From: Diplonema japonicum
Lineage: Eukaryota; Protista; Euglenozoa: Diplonemea
DNA: 64,000 nt
NCBI GenBank assembly: GCA_964019335.1
Contig: OZ025670.1
Location: forward strand, 124,001-188,000
Direction: 5' to 3'
In this document: positions 11,988 to 20,449 of the stretch, piece by piece
How the letters are laid out: each line of letters starts with the position of its first letter
Numbering within the stretch: position 1 is the stretch's first letter
Notes under the pieces: model-generated
Database searches by the model: none
Told to the model about the DNA's origin: nothing
Seen by the model: only the letters and a program-made list of their open reading frames with translations
Program-made: the position numbers and the translations under genes

Positions 11988-12026
11988 CAGGAGAACGGGA
12001 GGGGAACACAAAAAATGGGGGGAAAT

Positions 12027-12487
12027 ATGGGCGGCAGAGGCGTAATGACAGACATCCTTGATAAAAAGGACCCCCCAATACCCCATGCAAGAGTGAAGCA
12101 GGCAGGGATAGGGGCCCTGCCTGATATACCCCCAGAGGTGGAGCTTGGACCGGCAGACGCGTGGCAACCTCCCAGGCTAAGGACCACACAACCCTTGAGC
12201 AAGTATAAATATCAGTATAGAGGAGGGTGGGGGTTGTTTTTCGACTCTGCGAGAACGCCAATGCTGCTGCTTGGCGGTGCTCTGATTCTAGTGAAGTCGA
12301 GGCACATAATGAATGAGTATCTATTCGGTCCGGTGGATACAGAGATCTTTGATATGTACCAGTATGCGTCGGGGAAAAAAAAAAAAAAAAAAAAAAAAGT
12401 GACTGGGACCGAAAACGGCCTGGAGCGTGGCCCCCTTACAAACCTGGGCAAGAAACATTTGGTGTTAAACATGAAATATCAACGTGA
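12027..12487 (+). CDS. Small single-TM hypothetical protein, 2 exons (intron 12362-12399)
   Basis: Removing GT-poly(A)-AG gives ...DMYH-DWDRKRPGAWPPYKPGQETFGVKHEIST*; hydrophobic stretch MLLLGGALILV. Alternative ATG at 12015. Confidence 0.65.
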
Positions 12488-12623
12488 GAGACTGTTGTTG
12501 TTTTTTTTTTTTTTTTTTTTTTATTTTCTTTTTTTTAAACGGTGGGTATGAGAAGAAAAAAATAAAGAAAAAAAGGAGGGGGGAGAGGGGAGGGAGCGGG
12601 GGGTGGAGGTATCTTTTAGGAAG

Positions 12624-12654
<31 letters not shown>

Positions 12655-12659
12655 GAAAG

Positions 12660-12930
12660 ATGACGCACTCCTTCGGTAACCACCCAATGCTGGCACCCGT
12701 TACACCGCCCAGACATGCAAAGACCGCCAGATCAACCTACCCGGGGACAGAAAACTTCCGAGAGAACAGGACGGGGACAAATGGCTATTATATCCGTATG
12801 TAGTGCTAAGAAAAAAAGAGAAAAAAAAAAAAAAAAAAAAAAAAAAATAGGTGGCTTCGCGGACGGCATGAAAGCAGGGACAGTGATGTGCTCTGGGGCG
12901 CTACATAGGCTCGGAAAACGGTTGTTGTGA
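12660..12930 (+). CDS. Possible short 2-exon protein (poly(A) intron about 12796-12850)
   Basis: MTHSFGNHPM... joins in frame to ...GFADGMKAG...RLL* across a GT...poly(A)...TAG segment. Confidence 0.4.
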
Positions 12931-13086
12931 TTCGTCGACAACGGCTATTTTTTTTTTTTTTTTTTTTTTTTTATTATTTTTTTACACTTTGCACTACCCT
13001 ATTCTGGTTAAATTCTTTTTTTTTTTTTTTAAAGTCTTGTACCATCCGAAATTCACACCCACCATTAGGACAAAAAAAAAAAAAAA

Positions 13087-13304
13087 ATGGCGCGGGTATT
13101 AGGGAGAGTGGCCTGCCAACAGCAAAAGAGGCTTTATTACCCGAGGTAACCCCCTTTTTTTTTGAGGGAAACAATAACAGAAACACGCGAGGAGAAAATT
13201 TTTCGTTTGAAGAACAGCAAGAGAAGTGGACTGACCCTGCATGCAGGACAAAATCAATATCGGAGCTGTACAGCAGAATAAATGAACCGCTAACGGTAGC
13301 TTGG

Positions 13305-13346
<42 letters not shown>

Positions 13347-13451
13347 AATGTGAAGACATCTTATCCTCGTGGCGAGAGACGAAGTTTGAGAACAGGAACC
13401 TAACCACAGAGCAGAAGTACCGCCTGACAACGTTTTTACAAAATAAATGTA

Positions 13452-13498
<47 letters not shown>

Positions 13499-14315
13499 AC
13501 ACCAAAAAAACCGACACCCTTCAGACAACCACGGCATGGAACCAAACTTCTTAGACCGATTATTCCTGCAATATATGTTTATGCAAAACGGCAGCTTCGA
13601 GAAAGCCTTCCAAGGATACTTCAGGAAGTCAAGCGGCGTCACGGTACTGTAATTCGGGGCGCATCAAAAAAGAAAAAAAAAAAAGGTCCTTGACACCGAA
13701 CCACGTTGGGACCTTGTAAAGAAGCTTATGTACACGAATATTCCAGTTCTGGATGATTTGTACCGAATGAGCGGGCAAGGTGAGGGCTACACGTGGTCGT
13801 TGGGGAAGATGATGGGGCAGTCCCTGGAGCATGCCGTGCCGATCGGGAAGGCGAACATTACACCGCTTGCGAAAGTTCTGTTTCAGCACAGACATGAGGG
13901 CAGCGATGGTGTGTCTCTGAGGGTGTTGTCCACTGGTGGGGATGGAGCATCGTACGTACTTCTCCACCCGCACTCCTCTGTCAAGGGCATGCACAACCTT
14001 ACCTCTGTTGTTATCGGAAGTGAAAACAAGTACAAGCGGCAAACCCAGCTCCCCACCTCACAGAAGCTAAGCAGTACAGCGTCCCGCTGCGAGCAGGTCT
14101 TCTCCCTTCCCAAGGGTTCCATCGACACCACCACCATCCTCACGCCACCTTGGCTTCTCGACCGCCACTCCCTCCTCAAGATCCACACCCTCGTCGGTGG
14201 TCTCTCTCCTTCCTACTCCGACTGGCTGCCTTACTACCACTACGAGCTTCCCCACGACGTCGACTACGCCTACCAAGCGAAGAAGGACATGGAGGATGAG
14301 TATTATCAACTGTAG
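13087..14315 (+). CDS. Hypothetical protein with mitochondrial-type N-terminus, 5 exons (introns 13146-13180, 13296-13345, 13449-13524, 13644-13685)
   Basis: Four GT-AG introns join in frame: MARVLGRVACQQQKRLYYPR-NTRG...EPLT-ECED...QNKY-NHGM...SGVT-VLDTEPRW...YYQL*. Confidence 0.75.
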
Positions 14316-14449
14316 CCATCTCCCTATCTCCTTATTATTATTACGATAAGCGGTGGGTGGGAGGGGGTGAGTGTTTTTATTTTTGTTTTTTTATTTGTTT
14401 GGTTCATTTCCGAAATAAACAGGAGGGGAGGGGAAGATACAGGAGAGAA

Positions 14450-17400
14450 ATGCCAGGCGCGTGGCGCCCAGCGAACCTCACCCCTCGGGACAGCCATGTG
14501 ACCCGCAGCCCCAGCCCCCCTCTGCGGTCGCCGACACGCAAGACGGTGCTTGCCCAAGACCTCGCTGTCCCTGGGGCACGATCGGGTATCGCGCAACACG
14601 ACAGATTCGACAGACTAGGCGGCCACTCGGACAGGATGCCTGTGCCTGTGCCGTTATCGGCGGCAAGCCCCGCTCCTACGTCGTCTCTCAGGTACTCCAG
14701 AGTGCCTACGGACATCCCGCCACCTTCGCTCCCCCCTCCTGCGGGTGCTGTGGACAGGCGCAGCACAGCAGTGAATTGGAAGGCGATTGCGGAGCAGGAG
14801 CTCCGAGATGCTGAAGCGAAGTCCCTGCAGGAGAGGGAGGTGGAGCGGAAGACACGGTACCCCGTCGCAGAGTCGGAGCTGGCATTGATGGTCGGGAGCC
14901 AGAAGCTGGAACTGACCGACAACTCAGGAACTACCATACAGGCTGCAAAGGACAGGTTTCGCAGAGCTGAGGCTGAGCGCGACCTCCTCACCGCCGAGCA
15001 TGAGGTACTGAAGACACAGCTCGCCGACACGAAGCGCCAGCTAGGTGCCAAAGTGGAGACCACGGTGGGCTCCATAGCCGCCACGAAGGCGAAGAAGTTT
15101 GCCCCATTGGGGGGCAAGTGTTGCAAGTTCTACACATCTGTTCCTGTCGAGAAAGAGGATGAGCCCGACATGCCGCAGGGCATAGACAGCGACGTCGTGC
15201 GCCTGCACACAGAGCTCTCTATTGTCGAAATGAAGCTGGCAAAGCTCAATGCACCTCTCCACAAACGTATGAAATTCCGCCCTGTGTCCAAGGGGACGAG
15301 GCCGCTCCTCACCGACAACGAGGACGTTGAAGTAAGGAAACCTATCATCACTGAGGAGGAGCTTGCAGAGGAGACTGCCTTGCTAGAGAGGTGGAAGGAG
15401 CTCCGCGACGAATTCGACGCCCTGCAGGTGGACCTGGACGCCAAGAGTACCGGTGGTGTAGTCGCAGAGGCCACGAAGACGTTGTCGTCCCTCAGGGGGT
15501 ATTTTATGACGGCAATTGCTGCCATGTGCTTGTTTGCAGTGTATTTGTTCCTAGAACTAGAGGGGATAGCACTTATTTCTTGGGGCGTCAGTGCTCTGAT
15601 TTGCTTTCTGTGGCAAGTCGGATGCTCTAAGGGAGTGATCCCCCTGTGGCTCAGCATTCTGATGGGCGTGGTTCTCAGTCTGAGCGGCATTATCGCGTTG
15701 ATGGTGAGAGAGGAAGCGGAGGAGACGACAGGTGTCCTCGCGGCAACTCCACTTATCCTCGCAGCAGCGTGGGTGGTGATGACGTCCTTCGCGTCTCGTG
15801 ACAGCTACGCCATCACAGAGCTCAACAGTGCGGACAACGATCCAGATGACGAAGTGTTTAAGGCAGTCATTGAAGGTGACCTCGGCAAGCTGCAGTCTGC
15901 TGTTACCCACGCTCCGTGGCGCCTCCGCAAGAGGGACGCCATGACCGCTACACCCCTCCACTGCGCGCTGCTCAGGTCCGTCTCGTCTCGCCCGCACACC
16001 GAAATTATGAACTGGATCCTCAACTTCATGCCGTACCTGTCCCTCGACGTCTACACCGACAAGCTCTTCGAGGGAGTCGCCTGCCAGCACTACGCTATCA
16101 TCCACCGCGACAAGGCTTCCATGCATCGATTTTCCAACATTGTGCCGCACACCCTTACCTGCAGGACAGCCGGGTCCTTCTTCGAGGGCAAACAGAGCAA
16201 TTTCGGGGAATGGCCGATCATGTTTGCCGTGTGCTCCAACCAGCCGGATGTGGTCGCTTACTTGCTGAAAATCGGAGCCGAGCGGCTTCGGTGGCCCGAG
16301 AAAGAGCATCTAGCAGTGCGTGATAAGCACGGCAACACGCTGCTGCACATGTGCGTGTACCACAACCTGCCGCAGATGTACGACTACATCCAGCACCTTA
16401 TTAACAGCTACGGTGTGGTGTTCAAAGAGGAAGATGGCGGCATCTTTAACATTGAAGACCTGACACCATTCACACTGGCGGCACAGCTCGGACACCAGGA
16501 GACCTTCGAGCACTTAGTCGAAACTGCTACAGACGAAGTCTGGCAGATAGGGTCGTGCAGGTGCAGGCGGATGTGGCTGGACGAGGTAGACCCCATTGGG
16601 ACGCAGGGCCGGCACATCAAGGGGGTGCTGCAGCTGCTGGTTGACCACGAGCAGTCGGACCTCCTCATGATCCCCGCCGTGAAAGAACTGCTGATGGTGA
16701 AATGGCAGACGTTCGCAGAGAGACTGTGGCTGACGCAGTTCGGGATGCTGATGGTGTTTGTACTGGCGTACTCTGTGGTAGTGTTCTACGGGCCGCTTGT
16801 AAGGATCCAGGAGGGCAACAATGAGAAGTGTGTGCAGGACAGCTGGTTCGCGTCTGACAACGACACGTGGCTGAGCCAGTTGTGGTGCGAGATCGGAGCC
16901 TACCCGCTGCAGAGGTTCACTGAACTCTTCGTGCTGGCGGGGACTGCATACAGGGTGATGGTGGAAGTGAAGCAATTTTCCACCCTGCCGACCACAATGT
17001 ACTTCGGGAAGAAGGGATCAATGCTGTTGGAACAGATCACGGTGTACCTCTTTGTGTTCTGTGTGACGTGTGCCATTGTGGGCAGGATGCTGGGGGCCTA
17101 CGCGTACGAAGATCTAGCACTTGCCATTGGAGCCCTTGCGTTATGGGCACACGTGCTTCATGAGCTGCTTGGGTTCCGCGGAACGGGCCCGTTCGTTGTC
17201 ATGATTTGGAAGATGCTCGGCTCCGACCTGATTAGGTTCTTAATAATCTTTGCAGCCTTCTTGATGGGCTTCACACAGGCATTGTACCTGCTGGTCAGCA
17301 AATACGGTGCACAGCATTTCTTGAGAAGGATGATGGGGTGCTTTGTTGCACTGCTTGGACAGGCCGATGTGAGTTCCCTTATCATAGAGGAGGACAGTTC

Positions 17401-17749
17401 AAACTTCCCGATCATCAGCACTGCGCTTTTGCTGATCTACGTTTTGATGGTCTCCATCCTTCTCCTTAACCTGCTCATCGCAATGATGACCACCACATAC
17501 AGTAAAATATACGACGAGAGCGATAAAGTGTGGAACCTTGAGTGGGCTCGCCTTATCCTGGCTATGGAGTCGCGACTGTCGAATGAAGAAAAGAACCAAA
17601 AGGGTTACAAGTACTGGGGTGAGATACAATCCGAGGGCAACATTCGTCGCTTCTTCCTCTTGCCTTCTGCGAGAGAGGAGGACCGTGTGAAGTTCTACAG
17701 TAAGCCCCCGACGTGGCCACCTGACGCTCCCCATAGCATCCAAGGATAG
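14450..17749 (+). CDS. TRPV-like cation channel (ankyrin repeats, 6-TM channel, TRP helix) with extra N-terminal 4-TM block
   Basis: Ankyrin motifs (ATPLHCA, FGEWPIMFAVCSNQ, DKHGNTLLHM, LTPFTLAAQLG); S4-S5 FRGTGPFVVMIWKM..SDLIRF; S6/TRP ILLLNLLIAMMTTTY...WNLEWARLILAME. Confidence 0.9.
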   Translation: MPGAWRPANLTPRDSHVTRSPSPPLRSPTRKTVLAQDLAVPGARSGIAQHDRFDRLGGHSDRMPVPVPLSAASPAPTSSLRYSRVPTDIPPPSLPPPAGAVDRRSTAVNWKAIAEQELRDAEAKSLQEREVERKTRYPVAESELALMVGSQKLELTDNSGTTIQAAKDRFRRAEAERDLLTAEHEVLKTQLADTKRQLGAKVETTVGSIAATKAKKFAPLGGKCCKFYTSVPVEKEDEPDMPQGIDSDVVRLHTELSIVEMKLAKLNAPLHKRMKFRPVSKGTRPLLTDNEDVEVRKPIITEEELAEETALLERWKELRDEFDALQVDLDAKSTGGVVAEATKTLSSLRGYFMTAIAAMCLFAVYLFLELEGIALISWGVSALICFLWQVGCSKGVIPLWLSILMGVVLSLSGIIALMVREEAEETTGVLAATPLILAAAWVVMTSFASRDSYAITELNSADNDPDDEVFKAVIEGDLGKLQSAVTHAPWRLRKRDAMTATPLHCALLRSVSSRPHTEIMNWILNFMPYLSLDVYTDKLFEGVACQHYAIIHRDKASMHRFSNIVPHTLTCRTAGSFFEGKQSNFGEWPIMFAVCSNQPDVVAYLLKIGAERLRWPEKEHLAVRDKHGNTLLHMCVYHNLPQMYDYIQHLINSYGVVFKEEDGGIFNIEDLTPFTLAAQLGHQETFEHLVETATDEVWQIGSCRCRRMWLDEVDPIGTQGRHIKGVLQLLVDHEQSDLLMIPAVKELLMVKWQTFAERLWLTQFGMLMVFVLAYSVVVFYGPLVRIQEGNNEKCVQDSWFASDNDTWLSQLWCEIGAYPLQRFTELFVLAGTAYRVMVEVKQFSTLPTTMYFGKKGSMLLEQITVYLFVFCVTCAIVGRMLGAYAYEDLALAIGALALWAHVLHELLGFRGTGPFVVMIWKMLGSDLIRFLIIFAAFLMGFTQALYLLVSKYGAQHFLRRMMGCFVALLGQADVSSLIIEEDSSNFPIISTALLLIYVLMVSILLLNLLIAMMTTTYSKIYDESDKVWNLEWARLILAMESRLSNEEKNQKGYKYWGEIQSEGNIRRFFLLPSAREEDRVKFYSKPPTWPPDAPHSIQG

Positions 17750-18128
17750 AGATTTTTGTTACCCCACCCACTCCTTTTAGATTTAACCTCATTCTCTTCC
17801 CCCTGTGCGCATCCCCTTTCCTCTTTAGATCTTTGTCGATGAATAGCCGTTGTGTTTTGGCTCAAGAAAAGCTCCCCCTTTTTTTTTCCGTTTTCACTCA
17901 CTCGAGAAGTTATGAACTAAAAAAAAAAAGAATAATAGCGTGCGGGGGGGGAGAGAAAATAATTAAACAAAAAAAAGCCCCCCCCGCACATCTCCATGAT
18001 TTCCGTTTTTCTATTTTTTTTTCTTTTGTACCCAACCTGTTTGACACCCCCCTTTATGTTTTGGTTATATGATGCCGTCTACATAAGCAAAGATAAAGGG
18101 GAGAGGGGAGAGGAAAGAGAATAAAAAA

Positions 18129-18983
18129 ATGCAAGAAGAAAAAAGGCAGCGAAGAGGGATAGTGATTAACGAAGAAGTAATGAGGGAAGGGCTGCGCAGG
18201 ATGGAAATGTGCGAAAGGGGTGTCAGAGTGGTGGAAGAGGAAGAGGAACAAGACGAAATTCTGAAGCGTGCGCAAACGGTCTCGGCAAGCCTGGTGATCA
18301 TGGGCGGCATAGTGCTGCTTGAAACAGCTAAGGACAGAGTAGGAAAGCTGGAGGCCATCCAGTCAAGCAGGATTAAGGTTTTACTTGACGCATGCCACAC
18401 GATAAGCGAAGGCATCGGGGATGAAGAAGAGGTCTGCAGAAACAAACTCTCATCTTGGAGCAAAATACGGCGCCACATGATAGAGAAGGCTGCCCTTGCT
18501 CGGGTGTGGGTACAAAAGCAAATCTGGGAAAGGAGAAAATCTCAAGACCTTCTGTCCCCCACCCCACCCAGCAACACTTCGCGGTCTGTGTCCAAAACAA
18601 AAAAGAAGCTCCCGAAGAACAAACCTGCAAGCGCTTATAAGAAACCCGCTAAATTTCTCACAGGCCTCCTTCGTGTAAGGGGTAATATGCTTGAAACCAA
18701 GACTGCCACTAGTGTATGGTGCTCGAAGTCGCAAAACTACATATCTGACTCACTGCGTCCGAGGGCTTCCCTTGCTGGGTTTAGCCGCAGGCTCTCAGCC
18801 CTGCAAGCACCAATCAGGCCCACTACTGCCAAGTCAGCCTTGCGTCTTGAGCCGAGTTACCTTTCCCAGCCCGGGCTATCCCTTACACCCCGCATACTGG
18901 TTCAGTCAAAAATCGAAATTACCGCTAGAAAAATTCCCTCTCAAACACGTCCTTTGAAACCCCAGCATACACCCTCCGATTGA
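18129..18983 (+). CDS. Hypothetical protein (coiled-coil plus basic disordered tail)
   Basis: 284-aa ORF free of homopolymer artefacts, in the same orientation as its neighbours. Confidence 0.65.
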   Translation: MQEEKRQRRGIVINEEVMREGLRRMEMCERGVRVVEEEEEQDEILKRAQTVSASLVIMGGIVLLETAKDRVGKLEAIQSSRIKVLLDACHTISEGIGDEEEVCRNKLSSWSKIRRHMIEKAALARVWVQKQIWERRKSQDLLSPTPPSNTSRSVSKTKKKLPKNKPASAYKKPAKFLTGLLRVRGNMLETKTATSVWCSKSQNYISDSLRPRASLAGFSRRLSALQAPIRPTTAKSALRLEPSYLSQPGLSLTPRILVQSKIEITARKIPSQTRPLKPQHTPSD

Positions 18984-19319
18984 CAGCTTTACCAAGTTGT
19001 TTTCTCTCTCTCTTTTTTTTCTTTTTTTTTTTTTTTTTTCGTTTTGTTTTGTCTGTCCGGTCTCCAGCAAAAGCCAGCAGCGTTGTTTTTATGCCCGTCT
19101 GACTTTCTTTTTCTGCTGCTTGGTTTTGCTTTGTTTGCCCCTGGTTGTCCATTTGCCGTCTCGCCCAATAAGAAACATGTCCGTCTGACTCCTTCCGGAC
19201 CTGCTCTTCGAACCTACTTCGTTGTCTGTGTCCATGGCTCCCTCCGTGCTGGTGGGCGATGAAGATAAGGAAGCCCATGGCAGGGCTTGCACAGTGCCCT
19301 CTCAAGAGGGACAGCTCGC

Positions 19320-19386
19320 GAACCTCCCTTTGTACTTTCCCACCTGTTCTTATGAGGTTGTGAAGGAATGGCGGGAGGCGAGATGC
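19320..19386 (+). ncRNA. Module A: single-hairpin AGA-box (H/ACA-like) guide, predicted SSU pseudouridine equivalent to human 18S Psi1692 (SNORA70-like); about 10 copies
   Basis: Basal stem cctccc/gggagg. Pocket tgtac + atggc pairs with GCCAU[U]U-GUACA, the euglenozoan form of SSU CCCUUUGUACA. AGA lies 13 nt below the top of the pocket. Confidence 0.85.
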
Positions 19387-19418
19387 AGGCGAGTGGTGCA
19401 GTTTAACAGACGAACGGA

Positions 19419-19502
19419 GATGATTACATTTAAGCAGTCTCCCTCTTCGTGAATGGTTTTGACGAGAACCTGCTATTCGAACCTAATTACATTTTCCGAT
19501 GA
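19419..19502 (+). ncRNA. Module CD3: box C/D snoRNA with variant boxes; about 9 copies
   Basis: C-like ATGATT, D'-like GTGA, C'-like TGACGA, D-like ATGA/CCGA. Flanks can close a terminal stem (cagagat/atttctg). ctccctct before D' is complementary to SSU AGAGGGAG. Confidence 0.7.
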
Positions 19503-19552
19503 TTTCTGTGCGAAAGAGAGAAATGGATAAGGAAAATGAAAGAAATGTAGAA

Positions 19553-19621
19553 AAGAGCCATCAAATACCATTACTTCCTCTTCTCTGTAGTTAGTAAAGG
19601 GCCGCTTTGGTCACGAGATCA
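19553..19621 (+). ncRNA. Module D: AGA-box guide, predicted SSU pseudouridine equivalent to yeast Psi1181; about 6 copies
   Basis: Pocket tcaaat + gccgc pairs with SSU GCGGC[U]UA-AUUUGA; gccgc begins 15 nt before AGA. Confidence 0.75.
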
Positions 19622-19669
19622 TCATGGATCCCACTCTGGACCCGTGTGAGAGTGAAGACAATGATGAGG

Positions 19670-19735
19670 AAGTGCACACCTCACCAGCTGGCCACACATC
19701 ATGGCCTTGATTGGTCCCTTAGCTGCACGAGAGCT
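19670..19735 (+). ncRNA. Module C: AGA-box single-hairpin guide, target unassigned; 6 full + 2 partial copies
   Basis: Stems gtgca/tgcac, accag/ttggt and ggcca/tggcc; pocket cacctc + cccttagc; followed by AGA+3 nt. Confidence 0.8.
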
Positions 19736-19757
19736 GTGTCAGTGCGAGAGTGTAGTA

Positions 19758-19833
19758 GAGCAACCTTTTTAGGAAACCATGGCAGGGCTTTTTACAGTGC
19801 CTTGCGAAATGGGCCGTAAGGTCTGCGAGAGTC
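19758..19833 (+). ncRNA. Module B: AGA-box single-hairpin guide, target unassigned; about 18 copies (most abundant)
   Basis: Stems gca-acctt/aaggt-c-tgc, ccat/atgg and gcagggc/gccttgc. Variation between copies falls mostly in the apical loop (ttttta/ttgtta/ttgata). AGA lies 15 nt below the pocket. Confidence 0.8.
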
Positions 19834-20227
19834 ATTTCCTCTCTTGTTTTTTGTGCCAATTCCGGTCTCCAGCAAAACCATGTATGTGGATTGGCAGACC
19901 CTGCGAAATGCGTTGTGAAAAATGATGAACCTCCCTTTGTACTTTCCCACCTGTTCTTATGAGGTTGTGAAGGAATGGCGGGAGGCGAGATACCCAGAAA
20001 ATAGTGAAGACAATGATGAGGAAGTGCACACCTCACCAGCTGGCCACACATCATGGCTTGATTGGTCCCTTAGCTGCACGAGAGCTGTGGTCCTCTCCTT
20101 GCAGGCAAATAGTGGAGCAACCTTTTTAGGAAACCATGGCAGGGCTTTTTACAGTGCCTTGCGAAATGGGCCGTAAGGTCTGCGAGAGTTCTTCCTGGCT
20201 CTTGTGGCAAAAACAAATCTGAAACGA

Positions 20228-20311
20228 GTGATGACAACGAAGCACCCTCTCCGGTCTCCAGCAAAACCATGCGAGATACAGCGTTGCTTTTATACCCCGT
20301 TACCCGTCTGA
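20228..20311 (+). ncRNA. Module CD1: box C/D snoRNA guiding SSU rRNA 2'-O-methylation; about 15 copies
   Basis: RTGATGA...CTGA. The 13-nt guide ccccgttacccgt directly before box D is the exact complement of conserved SSU ACGGGUAACGGGG. The module also contains ccctctccgg, the complement of SSU CCGGAGAGGG. Confidence 0.9.
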
Positions 20312-20359
20312 CTTTTCTTCATTTTGTTGCCCTGCATTTGTTTCTTTCCAAACCCCAAC

Positions 20360-20449
20360 ATGATGACAAACCTTCACTTTAACATGCGTGTCTTTAACCT
20401 GACCTTTTGTGTTTGATGAATACCTTTAACTTTGGCTTGCTCTTTCTGA
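20360..20449 (+). ncRNA. Module CD2: box C/D snoRNA with four canonical boxes; about 13 copies
   Basis: C ATGATGA, D' CTGA, C' TGATGA, D CTGA; terminal stem caacat/atgttg. Both guides imperfectly match the SSU 5' region AAAGAUUAAGCCAUGCAUGU. Confidence 0.9.

Noticed and set aside
19189-19300. Module E as an independent H/ACA RNA or SLA1
   Set aside because: No clean hairpin+AGA, no pocket matching a spliced leader, and the sequence is explained as CD3/B fragments.
20292-20311. rRNA gene fragments (antisense SSU matches)
   Set aside because: Matches are only 8-14 nt and sit next to C/D boxes, so they are guides, not rDNA.
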